33,835 nucleotides of DNA. It comes from an uncultured Anaerolineales bacterium. Its GTDB lineage: Bacteria > Chloroflexota > Anaerolineae > UBA1429. Made by a program: the position numbers and the translations under genes. This document shows, one piece after another, positions 8,188 through 17,910 of this stretch. The DNA lies in the NCBI GenBank assembly GCA_964402205.1, contig CAYOBT010000001.1, forward strand, positions 1-33,835. Direction: 5' to 3'. The notes below the pieces were generated by a model that saw only the letters and a program-made list of their open reading frames with translations, had not been told where the DNA came from and ran no database searches. Position 1 is the first letter of the stretch; every line of letters starts with the position of its first letter.

Positions 8188-9207
8188 ATGCAGACGAAGA
8201 CTGGCAAGAGCATCCAAACCGAAGCATCTGGCGCTACGCATACATGGCATATTGGCGATGTCGCAATCCACGGCGACCTAATCCTGGCTCCCATGGCTGG
8301 GTTCTCCGATATGCCCTTCCGGCACATCTGTCACGAGATGGGCTCAGCCATCAGCTACACGCCATGCGCTGTGGACCGTGCGGTGCTGGCAGAGGTCGAA
8401 GGTGCTGACCGCACCTATGCCTTTGACGAGGACGAGCGTCCTGTGGCGATTCAGCTACTCTCGCAGGACGCCCAACTCCTGGTCGCCGCAGCGGATCGGT
8501 TGATGATGTTTGAGCCCGATCTCATTGACCTCAACCTGGGCTGCCCGTCGCGTCGGATCACCAGCGGCGGGCGCGGCTCGGCCCTGTTGCGGCATCCCCA
8601 GCGGATCGGGCAGCTGGTCTCAGCCCTGGTGGAAGCGGTGCCGATCCCCGTGACTGCCAAGATCCGTCTCGGCTGGGATGACACGTCCCGCAACTACCTC
8701 CACGTAGCTCGCATTCTCGAGGATGCGGGGGCCAGCGCCATCGCTGTGCATGGCCGTACCAGAGCCCAGGGCTACGCTGGCCACGCCGATTGGGACGCCA
8801 TCGCCGCCATCGTTGCAGCCGTCCAAGTCCCTGTCATCGGCAACGGCGATGTACGGACCGTCTCCGACATCGTCGACATCAAAGCCCAGACTGGTTGTGA
8901 CGCCGTCATGATCGGCCGCGGCGCCGTCGGCAATCCCTGGATCTTTGCCAGGCGCGATCTCTCCGACGTCTCGCTTGCGGAGCGGCTCCGAGTCATAGTA
9001 CGCCACCTGAATGCCACGGCTGCGTTCTATGGTGCGCGGCATGGCACCGTCTTTTTCCGGAAGCACCTCGTCAAGTATATCCGCGGTCTCCCAGGGGCTG
9101 CCCAGATGCGGGCCGAGTTGGTGCACCTAGAATCACCAGAGCAGGTGATTGCCACGCTCCAGGGCTGGTACAGGACGCTCGCATCTCGGTACGACAGCGC
9201 CGATTGA
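8188..9207 (+). CDS. dus: tRNA-dihydrouridine synthase (Dus family)
   Basis: LILAPMAGFSDMPFRHICHEMG, DLNLGCP, VTAKIRLGWD, IAVHGRTRAQGY and IGNGDV are hallmark Dus/TIM-barrel FMN motifs. Confidence 0.9.
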   Translation: MQTKTGKSIQTEASGATHTWHIGDVAIHGDLILAPMAGFSDMPFRHICHEMGSAISYTPCAVDRAVLAEVEGADRTYAFDEDERPVAIQLLSQDAQLLVAAADRLMMFEPDLIDLNLGCPSRRITSGGRGSALLRHPQRIGQLVSALVEAVPIPVTAKIRLGWDDTSRNYLHVARILEDAGASAIAVHGRTRAQGYAGHADWDAIAAIVAAVQVPVIGNGDVRTVSDIVDIKAQTGCDAVMIGRGAVGNPWIFARRDLSDVSLAERLRVIVRHLNATAAFYGARHGTVFFRKHLVKYIRGLPGAAQMRAELVHLESPEQVIATLQGWYRTLASRYDSAD

Positions 9208-9232
9208 CGCATCCGGGAGCGAGCAGTATACT
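9204..9232 (+). promoter_or_regulatory. putative promoter TTGACG-17-TATACT for the NifX-like operon
   Basis: TTGACG at 9204-9209 overlaps the dus stop codon. A 17-nt spacer precedes TATACT at 9227-9232. Confidence 0.45.
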
Positions 9233-9235
9233 CGC

Positions 9236-9254
9236 TATATGCACTTCGCATATA
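9236..9254. promoter_or_regulatory. perfect AT-rich palindrome TATATGC-N5-GCATATA at the predicted transcription start (operator candidate)
   Basis: TATATGC (9236-9242), acttc, GCATATA (9248-9254). It lies immediately downstream of the -10 box and is conspicuously AT-rich in a GC-rich genome. Confidence 0.4.
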
Positions 9255-9289
9255 GGCTACACCATCTGAGCAACGCCAAGGAGGACACC

Positions 9290-9793
9290 ATGAAGGTCGG
9301 CATACCCGCAGAAGGCCCGGGACTGGTATCAGCTCCCAACGCTATCTTTGGGCGTAGCGCCTACTTTGTCATCGTGGACAGCGACACCATGGAAGCTGAG
9401 ACGCTTACCAATCCCGCTGCCGGCTCTATGGGAGGGGCGGGGGTGCAGACTTCACAGCTACTGGTGAGCGAGGGTGTGGAAGCCGTCATCGCTTCCAGCG
9501 TAGGACCCAACGCCAGCGCCGTGCTCCAGGCAGCCGACGTTGCCGTATACCAATGCCCTCCCGATGCAAAGACCATTCGCGATGCCGTGCTGGCGCTGCA
9601 GGACGACCGCCTACAGCTGTTGTCGGGCCCCAACGTTGCCTCGCACACGGGCACCCGTCAGCGCTTTGGCACGGGCAGGGCCCGGCCACGGAATGACGAG
9701 GTCGCGTCGCTCGCCCAAGAAGCCGCCGAGCTTCAGCAACGTCTCGAGGAGATCAGCAGCCGACTAGAGGACCTGGAGGGGACCGATGACTAA
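9290..9793 (+). CDS. NifX/NifB-family (dinitrogenase FeMo-cofactor-binding domain) protein with C-terminal coiled-coil tail
   Basis: MKVGIPAEG...FGRSAYFVIVDSDT...NPAAGSMGGAGVQTSQLLVSEGVEAVIASSVGPNASAVLQAADVAVY matches the Nitro_FeMo-Co fold pattern. The tail GTGRARPRNDEVASLAQEAAELQQRLEEISSRLEDLE resembles DUF5320-type coiled coils. ATG at 9290 follows AAGGAGGA. Confidence 0.8.
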   Translation: MKVGIPAEGPGLVSAPNAIFGRSAYFVIVDSDTMEAETLTNPAAGSMGGAGVQTSQLLVSEGVEAVIASSVGPNASAVLQAADVAVYQCPPDAKTIRDAVLALQDDRLQLLSGPNVASHTGTRQRFGTGRARPRNDEVASLAQEAAELQQRLEEISSRLEDLEGTDD

Positions 9794-10148
9794 CTGCCGC
9801 GTAGCCATCTCGGTCGATTCCGATGAAGGCCTTGACGCGCAGGTAGCCGCACACTTTGGACGTTGCGCCTACTTTACGGTAGTAGACGTCCAGGACGGGA
9901 AGATCGTCGAAACCAAAAGCGTGGAGAACCCTTACTATGCCTCGCATCAGCCGGGACAGGTGCCGGCCTTTATCGGCAGCCTCGACGTGGGCGTGATGTT
10001 GAGCGGAGGCATGGGGGGACGCGCTGCGCAGGTGTTCGCACGCCTAGGCGTCGAAGCCGTAACGGGAGCCGCTGGCACCGCTCGAGACGCCATCGAGGCC
10101 TATCTATCCGACTCGCTCAGCGGCGCCGAGCCCTGTCAGCATCACTAG
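9786..10148 (+). CDS. NifX/NifB-family (FeMo-cofactor-binding domain) protein
   Basis: RVAISVDSDEGLDAQVAAHFGRCAYFTVVDVQDGKIVE...NPYY...GGMGGRAAQVFARLGVEAVTG shows the same fold signature. Its ATG overlaps the upstream stop by 8 nt. Confidence 0.8.
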   Translation: MTNCRVAISVDSDEGLDAQVAAHFGRCAYFTVVDVQDGKIVETKSVENPYYASHQPGQVPAFIGSLDVGVMLSGGMGGRAAQVFARLGVEAVTGAAGTARDAIEAYLSDSLSGAEPCQHH

Positions 10149-10169
10149 CGCACCAGGATCGAGTCGGCA

Positions 10170-10700
10170 TTGGCCTCGAAAGCGCCCCCTACTGACCTGA
10201 CCATCCGGACGGCTAGCCCCTCCGATGCAGAGGCCCTCGTTGCAGCCATCGATGAGGTGGCTCGCGAGGGCCGCTTCTTCACACGAAGCGCGTTCAGCCA
10301 GAACCCAGAGGTCGAAGCAGCCTTCATCGATCTGACCATCGGTCGCGGCGGCACCGTCCTCGTGGCAGAGACGAGTGGCCGCATCGTAGGCTGGCTCACG
10401 CTGCGACGCGACAAGACGCCTTTCCGCCGGCACGTCTGCCAGCTTGGCATGGGCGTCCTGAGGCCATTTCGAGGACAGGGCGTCGGCCGTAGGCTACTTG
10501 ACGAGGGCCTACGTTTCGCTCGTGCCTCTGAGAAAATCGAGCGTGTCGAGCTCGCCGTTAGAGCCACCAACGTTGCGGCCATTGCCCTCTATCAGACCGC
10601 CGGCTTTTGCTACGAGGGTCGGCGAATGCGCGCAGTGCGCGACGATCTGGGGCGCTACGACGACGAGATTCTCATGGCACACGCCACTACCACCATGTGA
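10170..10700 (+). CDS. GNAT family N-acetyltransferase
   Basis: IRTASPSDAEALVAAI... plus the acetyl-CoA-binding motif RPFRGQGVGRRLLDEGLRFA and NVAAIALYQTAGF. The track start is a TTG and its position is uncertain. Confidence 0.8.
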   Translation: MASKAPPTDLTIRTASPSDAEALVAAIDEVAREGRFFTRSAFSQNPEVEAAFIDLTIGRGGTVLVAETSGRIVGWLTLRRDKTPFRRHVCQLGMGVLRPFRGQGVGRRLLDEGLRFARASEKIERVELAVRATNVAAIALYQTAGFCYEGRRMRAVRDDLGRYDDEILMAHATTTM

Positions 10701-11283
10701 GTACTCCTCTGAAGGCAGAACCCAAGTAGGCGATGAGGACAGCCTTCAGCGTCTTCCCGAGCCAACAGGCCAGCAGGAACTTGGCGATGGGATAGCGCAA
10801 CATACCCGCGGCCATACCTGCCACGTCAAACAGCGGGTTGGGAACGGCGGCCAAAACGAGCAGCGTTAGAAAGCCGCGTCGTTCCATCCATCGACGAACG
10901 CGCTCGTAGCGCTCGGCATCCTCCACAACGGCAGAGCCTCCATAGCCAGCGAGATAGCCGGTCAGCTCTCCAAGCGGCTCACCCACGCCCGCCACAAGCC
11001 CTACGAGTAGCGGGTTCAGGACTCCGCCGCCCGCAAAGACCACGGCTAGACCGGGCACAGGAAGGATGATCGTTGCGTTCCCGAGCACGCCGATCACAAA
11101 GACGCCCAGATATCCGAGCGCCTGAAGATCCGCCAGGCGATCGCCCAACGCAAACACTGCCACGGTGATGAGCACCGAGAAGAGAAGCGCTGCCGCGGGC
11201 TTGCCGTATCTTGCGACTACTGTCCGCAGACGCTCGCTGTGAAACCAGTCCGCTAGCCGGCGCCTTTGCCCACGAGCCGTCAT
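10687..11283 (-). CDS. DedA/YqaA-like (VTT / SNARE-associated domain) membrane protein
   Basis: GYLGVFVIGVLGNATIILPVPG...GELTGYLAGYGG...LAAVPNPLFDVAGMAAGMLRYP is typical of the YqaA/DedA family. Its 3' end overlaps the convergent GNAT gene by 14 nt. Confidence 0.75.
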   Translation of the reverse strand: MTARGQRRRLADWFHSERLRTVVARYGKPAAALLFSVLITVAVFALGDRLADLQALGYLGVFVIGVLGNATIILPVPGLAVVFAGGGVLNPLLVGLVAGVGEPLGELTGYLAGYGGSAVVEDAERYERVRRWMERRGFLTLLVLAAVPNPLFDVAGMAAGMLRYPIAKFLLACWLGKTLKAVLIAYLGSAFRGVLTWW

Positions 11284-11335
11284 GGCCCAACCTCACTCGC
11301 TCCGCGGAGCCGCCTCCCCCGTAGCGGGGCTAGTC

Positions 11336-12352
11336 TCACCTGTCACCGCCAACTTGCCGCACCTCTTCCCCAAGGAACCAGATGAATGCCGCGATAGCAA
11401 CGAGCGCCATCAATCCTGCCACGAACCAGGCATCAATGAGCGAAGCTTGACTGACATAGATAGCCAACACGCCTAGAGCGCATCCCGCCAGGTACAGCGT
11501 CAGCACCGCCTCTCGCTGGGTGTAGCCCATCCTCACCAGGCGATGCGAGGTGTGATCCTTGCCAGCCGCCGTGAGAGGGTTGACGCCACGCCGCAGGCGC
11601 GAAAGCACCACCAGCGCCGTGTCAAAGAGAGGGACGCCCAAGACAAGGACCGGGATCATCCACGTAACCTGAACAACGTTCGCCGGGAAGCGTAGCTTGA
11701 TAGCGGTGGCCGCCAAAAGAAAGCCAAGGAACAGGCTACCCGAGTCCCCCATAAAGATCGACGCCGGGTTCGCATTGTACAGCAAAAAGCCCACGCACGC
11801 ACCGAGAAGCGCTGCGCTCAGTGCCCCCACCAGATACTGGCCGCTCATAGCCGCCAGCACCAGAAAAAAGGCCGCTGCCACCGCGCCAACGCCTCCCGAT
11901 AGACCATCCATGTTATCGAGGAGGTTCATGGCGTTGGTGATGCCCACCACCCAGATGGTGGTAAGCACGATGTCCAGCGCGGGGATGCGCACGACGCGCA
12001 CTCGCACATCCGTGAGCAGCAAGATGGCCACCGCAATCAGCTGTGCTGCCAGCTTGACTCCGGCCCCAAGCCCATTCCGATCATCCCAGAGCCCTGTAAG
12101 CGAGCAGACAGTTGCCCCAACGAGAATGCCAACCATCTGCCTTACGTAGAAACGATCGCCAAAAACCAAAAGTGACGCTAGAAAAGCTATATAGATCGCG
12201 ACCCCGCCCATAAGGGGCATGGGGCGCGAGTGAACCTTGCGCGGCGAGGGCAAATCTACAAGCCCAAAGCTCGAAGCCACCCGGCGAAAGAACGGCGTAG
12301 CCGCAGCAGCCAGCACAAAGGCCGTGATCAGCATCAGCGATAGGCGTTCCAC
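11336..12352 (-). CDS. polyprenyl-phosphate N-acetylhexosamine-1-phosphate transferase (MraY/WecA, glycosyltransferase family 4)
   Basis: [43 protein letters not shown] and VLSRLRRG are WecA/TagO-type motifs. The GTG start overlaps the upstream stop by 1 nt; ATG 12334 is an alternative start. Confidence 0.85.
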   Translation of the reverse strand: MERLSLMLITAFVLAAAATPFFRRVASSFGLVDLPSPRKVHSRPMPLMGGVAIYIAFLASLLVFGDRFYVRQMVGILVGATVCSLTGLWDDRNGLGAGVKLAAQLIAVAILLLTDVRVRVVRIPALDIVLTTIWVVGITNAMNLLDNMDGLSGGVGAVAAAFFLVLAAMSGQYLVGALSAALLGACVGFLLYNANPASIFMGDSGSLFLGFLLAATAIKLRFPANVVQVTWMIPVLVLGVPLFDTALVVLSRLRRGVNPLTAAGKDHTSHRLVRMGYTQREAVLTLYLAGCALGVLAIYVSQASLIDAWFVAGLMALVAIAAFIWFLGEEVRQVGGDR

Positions 12353-15300
12353 TACTCGTCTCCCTCGTTGGCCATTCGAGCTTCGACTTCGCCAATGAAG
12401 CGTTCCAGAGCGGGACGCTCGGCCTCTGGCGCCAACTCTAGCGCCTCGTGCGCCTTGGCCAAGGCTTCCTCATCATTGCCGATCTGCGCATAGATGATGG
12501 CCAGATTCTTGACGGTATTATAGTCCTTGGGTGCACGACGGTACACTTCGAGATTGGCCTCGAGTGAAGTCTCCCAGTCGCCCATCTGCGAGGCCGCGTA
12601 ACCGAGGCCGCTCCACACCTGGAGCAACTCGGTATCCAGCGCTGTCGCCTTCTGGTAGGCTTCTACCGCCTGCTCCCATTCCGCCTGCCGAGCATAATAG
12701 TCCCCCAAGAGCATATAGGTCTGGGCATAGGCATCGTCCAGCGCCAGCGACTCGTTGAGCTTGGCAAGGCCAGCTTCGGCATCACCTAGGAGCAATAGCG
12801 AAAGCCCCCACTCGTTGAGGATTTGCGCACTATTGGGGCTGAGGGCATGAGCCTCAGCATAGTAGGCTTCCGCGCGCTCCCAGTGCGCCTGGCGTGCCGT
12901 CGCCGTCGTGGCCAACTCGCCCCACACACGATGCAGCCGAGCGAGATTCGCGGCGTGGTCCGTGTTCAGAGAGTTGAGGCTGCGAGCCGTCTGCAGTGCC
13001 TGCTGGGCCGTGTTGAGATATCGCTCACGTTCCGATGCGTCCGTCTCGACACGAGCTTGCTCCAACGCCACGCGGCCTTGGTAGAGCCAGTACCGATCCT
13101 CCCCAGGGGCCAACTGAGCCGCCTGAGCGTACTGGCCGAGGGCCGTCTTCAGCGATCCTTCGCGCTCAAGCCTCATCCCCTGCTTGAAGATCATGTCAGC
13201 TCGGATGGGCCGCAGATTCCGTGCGTCCACGACTGGCATGGCCGCCAGCAGGAACGCCAAGCCGACCAGCCCAACCCCGCCACGCTTGGATGCCGCCTGC
13301 CAGCCGCTGCCAAGCGCAATGGCTGCCGCTCCCGCAAGCCATGCCATGCAGAGCAACACAACATACCGCATCAGTAACGCTGTCACGTCCACTGGTGGGC
13401 GAAGCTGGTTCGCATGCAGCAAGGCATAGAGGCCCCCTACCAGCCCGGCGACCGCCATCGAAATCAGTCCGACGCGTGCGCGTTCGCGCCAGTCCATGGA
13501 TTGCCATCCGGGCAGTTCCAGGCCTGCCACCAGCAGACCCAGGGACGCCCACGTTGCGCCAACCACAGCGGCCACGCCGAAACCCACGGTATCGGGATCG
13601 CCCTTGGCCTGCATCGTCGTCAGCGACTGCCAGAGCATCGTTGTAGGCGACGTGTGACCAACGGCATTGGCCGTATAGTCCCACGCAAGCGTCCCAAGGA
13701 CAGCCGCCCCGATCAGGCCGATCGCGACAGCCTGGTAGGTGGCAATTCGTGAGGCAAGCGTCTCGCGCCCTTGCCGACGCCTTGACCTGCGCCGTCGGCT
13801 TGATCGCGTCTGCTGAGCCAGCACCACAGCCGGCTCATCCCAGGCCACCCAGCCCTCCCCAACCGCGACCATCACCGCCGCCAAGATCCAGAAATAGGTT
13901 CTCGTGGCACCGATGGCGATCCCGAAATGGATCTCTACAAAGTGCGCGAGGATGGCGCCGAGCAACCCCGCCACAAGCAGCGATTGCTCCGACCAGACGG
14001 GCTTCTCGCTGGCAAGAACCCTAGCACCAGCCCACCCCATCATAGCCTTCACCAAGGCATAGGCGCCCACACCGGCTGTCACCGCGAGCGGCATCGTGAT
14101 GCCGGCATAGCGCCATTGGCCCTCTACCAAGTAGGGCAGCACGGCACCCAACAAGCCGCCCCCGAGCGTCAGCCCCAGGAACAGCCAGCGATCCCGGCGA
14201 TCACACACCATTCCCAAGGACCGCATCGCGACCAGGTAGACGCTGATGAACAGGTACATATAGGCGGCAAAGCCCAGGACGCCTGTCGTGATGAGGGCAT
14301 CGTAGGTCTCGTTGTGAGAACGGTCAGGCGACGCGCTTCGACGTTCGAGGTGCGCCAGCTCTGGCGAATAGTAGGGCGAGAAAGCAGAGTACATCGATTC
14401 GGGCCCATACCCTACGGCCGCCCGCAAAGGGCTGTCCGTCACCATCTCGAGAGCGCCCTCCCAGATGAGCACCCGCACACGGCCAGTGCCCGTCTGGACC
14501 TCAAAAACGCGTCCAAGCCTACCCAGGTACGGAAGGTCCCGCAGCGGTGCCAGAGGTCCGTCGGGGATGTTCAGCACGCCCAGGAACGCCCCCACGAGCA
14601 GAGCGCCAATGCCAACTGCCAAGGCCATACGGTTCCGGCGGCTCGCCACCAGCGCTACCATGAGGAAGAGGAACAGGCCACCCAGCAGCCCCAACCACGG
14701 GCCGCGGCTCTGTGTGAATACAATGCAAACAAGCTGGACGGCCAAGACGGATGCATAGAACCCAAGCATCAGCCAGCGACGCACCGAGCCACCGGTGAGC
14801 CAGCCTATGACTCCTGCCACGCCCCAGAGGACAACGGCGAACCAGAGCCCAGCACCCAGACCCACGACCCCCCAGAGCACAGCCAGTCCGGCAGCGAGAG
14901 CCACCATGGCTGCACCGATGCCAAGCCGTCGCGTCCTCGTCCAGTCGGCTGTCTCACGTCGCCACAAGCGAATCCACTGGACGACCGTGATGGGCGCCAC
15001 CATGATCAGATACGCTGCGATAAAGATCGCGTTGCCGAGGTTGCCAGCTACGCGCTGCGTCACGTCGCCACCCCAGGGAAGCGGATCCAACCCATAGTGC
15101 TGCACAACCCCGTACAGAGCCACAGGGATGCTGCTCAAGACGAGAAAGAGCAACAGCCGCTCTAGCTGCTCCCGTCGCCGCAGCAAGAAAAGCACGCTTA
15201 GCCCGATCACCACGTAGGATAACAACGAGTAGGTTCCCTGCAGCCGCTCGTAAGAGCCCCAGAAGCTGATGCGCGGGGTCACTGATAGGGCCGTCGAGAT

Positions 15301-15594
15301 CAGATAGGCCACGACCAGGAGCAACGCGGGTAGCACAAGGCGCGTCTTGCGGATGCGATCCCAGCAGGAGGACGCCGGCGCTTGGTCCCTCTCACTCGCC
15401 GTCGCGAGCCGCTCCAGTAACCAGATCGCCCAGACAGCTGCCATGATCGTGGCGATGGAGCGGATGAGGCCGATCTTGTCTGGCTCGAATACACGCTGCG
15501 AATACACATCAAAGAACAGAGGAGCCACCAATGCCGCCAGCAGCCAGCCCGCTTCGATAACGGCCTCGCAGAACACGCTCAGCCTCGTCCGCAT
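12352..15594 (-). CDS. O-antigen ligase/polymerase-like (Wzy_C) polytopic membrane protein with C-terminal TPR array, 1080 aa
   Basis: About 20 hydrophobic segments and a Wzy_C-type signature ([28 protein letters not shown]). There is an Arg-rich linker (residues 596-610). Residues from about 800 to 1065 form tandem TPR-like repeats (AxxYxxA/ALxxxP periodicity). Confidence 0.8.
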   Translation of the reverse strand: MRTRLSVFCEAVIEAGWLLAALVAPLFFDVYSQRVFEPDKIGLIRSIATIMAAVWAIWLLERLATASERDQAPASSCWDRIRKTRLVLPALLLVVAYLISTALSVTPRISFWGSYERLQGTYSLLSYVVIGLSVLFLLRRREQLERLLLFLVLSSIPVALYGVVQHYGLDPLPWGGDVTQRVAGNLGNAIFIAAYLIMVAPITVVQWIRLWRRETADWTRTRRLGIGAAMVALAAGLAVLWGVVGLGAGLWFAVVLWGVAGVIGWLTGGSVRRWLMLGFYASVLAVQLVCIVFTQSRGPWLGLLGGLFLFLMVALVASRRNRMALAVGIGALLVGAFLGVLNIPDGPLAPLRDLPYLGRLGRVFEVQTGTGRVRVLIWEGALEMVTDSPLRAAVGYGPESMYSAFSPYYSPELAHLERRSASPDRSHNETYDALITTGVLGFAAYMYLFISVYLVAMRSLGMVCDRRDRWLFLGLTLGGGLLGAVLPYLVEGQWRYAGITMPLAVTAGVGAYALVKAMMGWAGARVLASEKPVWSEQSLLVAGLLGAILAHFVEIHFGIAIGATRTYFWILAAVMVAVGEGWVAWDEPAVVLAQQTRSSRRRRSRRRQGRETLASRIATYQAVAIGLIGAAVLGTLAWDYTANAVGHTSPTTMLWQSLTTMQAKGDPDTVGFGVAAVVGATWASLGLLVAGLELPGWQSMDWRERARVGLISMAVAGLVGGLYALLHANQLRPPVDVTALLMRYVVLLCMAWLAGAAAIALGSGWQAASKRGGVGLVGLAFLLAAMPVVDARNLRPIRADMIFKQGMRLEREGSLKTALGQYAQAAQLAPGEDRYWLYQGRVALEQARVETDASERERYLNTAQQALQTARSLNSLNTDHAANLARLHRVWGELATTATARQAHWERAEAYYAEAHALSPNSAQILNEWGLSLLLLGDAEAGLAKLNESLALDDAYAQTYMLLGDYYARQAEWEQAVEAYQKATALDTELLQVWSGLGYAASQMGDWETSLEANLEVYRRAPKDYNTVKNLAIIYAQIGNDEEALAKAHEALELAPEAERPALERFIGEVEARMANEGDE

Positions 15595-15666
15595 TGCATT
15601 TCTCCCGCGCTACCTGATCGTCAGCCCAACCACCCAGTCATCTTCGCACCGACCGGCCACGCCTAC

Positions 15667-16776
15667 CTACCCTTGCCGATCGAGGACCTCCTGGTACACT
15701 CGCGTCACCTCTTCAAGCATGCGCTCGGCATCAAAGAGCTGCGCGCGGCCGCGAGCGCCCTCACCGAGACGTCTGCGCAAGGCATCGTCGCCCAGAAGGC
15801 GTTTGATGGCGACAGCAAGCGCTCTCGCGTCCTTGGGCGGAACCACCAACCCGGTCTCTCCATGCCTGTTCACGAACGTCGTACCCGTACCGAGCTCTGT
15901 GCCCACCACCGGCAGCCCCGCGGCTAGCGCCTCTAGCTGGGCAATGCCAAACGTCTCACTGGGCTCGCAAGAAGGCAACACAAAGAGATCCGCCACCCGA
16001 TAGTAGGCCGGCAGGTCCTCGTCCGCGACGCGACCGGCGAAACGGACGCGCTCACGCAACCCCAGCTCCGCGACCTGTTGCCGCAGCTCGCCCTCCAGGG
16101 GACCCGACCCTACAAGCACCAGCAGCGCCTCAACGTCCGCCATGGCTTCGATGAGGTACTGGAGTCCCTTGTAGTAGCGAAACACCCCCACAAACAGCAG
16201 CAAAGGCAGTCCCGATGCCATTTCGCGGAGCTCTGCCACGCGTGCAGGCTCTGCCGACGCAAAGCGGTCCAGGCGAATCCCAAAAGGCACAACTTGGCAC
16301 TTGCCGCGGTGCTCCGCGAGCATCTGCGAATCGAGGTGGGCAGGACTCGATACCAAGATCCGATCGACACTGCCCAGCACCCGCCGCATCAGAGGACGGT
16401 ACAGGTGCGCCAGTCGTCGCTGCCGCACCACATCGCTGTGGTAAGTAAGGACGGTCGCTCGGCTCTTGCCCAGCAGGAACTGGAGGGCCTCCGCAGGCGG
16501 AAAGGGCGAGTGCACGTGCGCGATATCGGGATGCCTGCGGGCTAGCTCCCAACCGAATCGCAGGCTCAGTGGCGTCGAGGCAACCTTGGCCAACCGTCCG
16601 ACCTTGATAACGTCGACATCGGCCAACCGCTCGCGCGCACTGCGCAGGCTGGGATTGGTGACCAGAACCGCGACCTCATGGCCCGCCTGCGCTTGACCCT
16701 CGGCAAGAAGGCGCACGTGATTCTCGATGCCCCCCACCACAGGGTAGTAGTCCTTGTACAGATGGAGGATGCGCAC
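15667..16776 (-). CDS. glycosyltransferase family 4 (GT-B, GT1-type fold)
   Basis: MRILHLYKDYYPVVGGIENHV... and the C-terminal EPSETFGIAQLEALAAGLPVVGTELG motif (EX7E-like). The GTG start directly abuts the upstream TAG. Confidence 0.85.
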   Translation of the reverse strand: MRILHLYKDYYPVVGGIENHVRLLAEGQAQAGHEVAVLVTNPSLRSARERLADVDVIKVGRLAKVASTPLSLRFGWELARRHPDIAHVHSPFPPAEALQFLLGKSRATVLTYHSDVVRQRRLAHLYRPLMRRVLGSVDRILVSSPAHLDSQMLAEHRGKCQVVPFGIRLDRFASAEPARVAELREMASGLPLLLFVGVFRYYKGLQYLIEAMADVEALLVLVGSGPLEGELRQQVAELGLRERVRFAGRVADEDLPAYYRVADLFVLPSCEPSETFGIAQLEALAAGLPVVGTELGTGTTFVNRHGETGLVVPPKDARALAVAIKRLLGDDALRRRLGEGARGRAQLFDAERMLEEVTRVYQEVLDRQG

Positions 16777-17910
16777 CTACGCTCTCCCCCCCAACGCACT
16801 GTCCACGGCTTTGCGCACCAAGGCAGCGGTTCGCTCCCAGGTGAAGGTTGCCGCTCGGTTCCGGCCTCTCGCCGCCAGCGACTCGCGCAGAGAAGCGTCC
16901 GTCATCAGCGACACCAGCGCCAAAGCCATCTCATCAACGGCAGTCGGATCAAAAAGCATGCCCGCCTCTCCAACCACCTCGGGCACCGCAGAGCGTCTCG
17001 ATGCAGCCACTGCCACGCCAGACGCTATCATCTCCAACGCCGGAAGACCAAAGCCCTCGTATAGCGAGGGAACCACGCCCAACTCTGCTGCCCCATAGAG
17101 ATCGGCCAACGCCCCTTCTCCCACCCGCCCTAGGCGCCGTACTGACTTGCCTACGCCTAGGCGTTCCGCAGTGGCCATGGGGTCCTCCCAACGCGGATCC
17201 ACAGCGCCCACTAGCACGAGCTGCCATGCCTCCCGCAGCGACTCGGGCAGCCTAGCCCAAGCCTCCAGTAGCCGTCCCAGATTCTTGTGAGGCCGATTCG
17301 TACTCACGCACAGGACAAAGGGGAGCGTGACGCCGAACCTGGCTAGCCTCTCACCGACCACCTCGCGAACCCTAGGGTGGAACATCGCCCCCACACCCAA
17401 TGGTGCCACCGTCACTGGTGGATGTCGGGGAATCAGCCGCTCAAGGTCTTCGCGTGTCGCCTGTGAGCTCACCACGACAGCCGCAGCCCGATGTACGGCA
17501 CTTTGCAGTAGGCGTTGGTAAGCCCAGCGCTTCCAGAACGGCTCTGACTTTTCCCGTAGCAACCAAGGAGTCAAGTCATGGACGGTCAAGACCACGGGGC
17601 AATCGAGCCCTCGCGGCAGGCCCCAATGCGGCGCGAGGTAGACCGTCCCTCGAGCGCGCCGTACCAGGGGCGGTACGATCAGGTGCTGTCCCAGCCCCAG
17701 CGGGCTACAGGATGCCGTCACCAAATCGACTCGCGGGTTCGCCGCCAGTGCCTCGATATCGAAGCGCTCATTCGACGCCAGGGGATCATGCAGCAAGAGC
17801 AAGCGATCATCGCCAGCCACAGGTGCCAGATGGGTAGCAAGCTGAAAGGCATACCTCCCCACCCCCGGATAGTGGTCTTGGATATAGCGTCCATCCAAGA
17901 CCAGATTCAC
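16777..17910 (-). CDS. glycosyltransferase family 4 (GT-B fold)
   Basis: VPSLYEGFGLPALEMIASGVAVAASRRSAVPEVVG is the typical GT4 C-terminal motif. The start overlaps the upstream stop by 4 nt (GTGA). Confidence 0.85.
   Translation of the reverse strand: MNLVLDGRYIQDHYPGVGRYAFQLATHLAPVAGDDRLLLLHDPLASNERFDIEALAANPRVDLVTASCSPLGLGQHLIVPPLVRRARGTVYLAPHWGLPRGLDCPVVLTVHDLTPWLLREKSEPFWKRWAYQRLLQSAVHRAAAVVVSSQATREDLERLIPRHPPVTVAPLGVGAMFHPRVREVVGERLARFGVTLPFVLCVSTNRPHKNLGRLLEAWARLPESLREAWQLVLVGAVDPRWEDPMATAERLGVGKSVRRLGRVGEGALADLYGAAELGVVPSLYEGFGLPALEMIASGVAVAASRRSAVPEVVGEAGMLFDPTAVDEMALALVSLMTDASLRESLAARGRNRAATFTWERTAALVRKAVDSALGGRA

Noticed and set aside
13927-15165. 412-aa plus-strand ORF (and neighbours 12823-13377, 13221-13752, 14465-15097)
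   Set aside because: It is antisense to the well-supported O-antigen-ligase-like gene. The composition is Arg/Pro/His/Gln-rich and non-protein-like, which is the typical shadow ORF of high-GC DNA.
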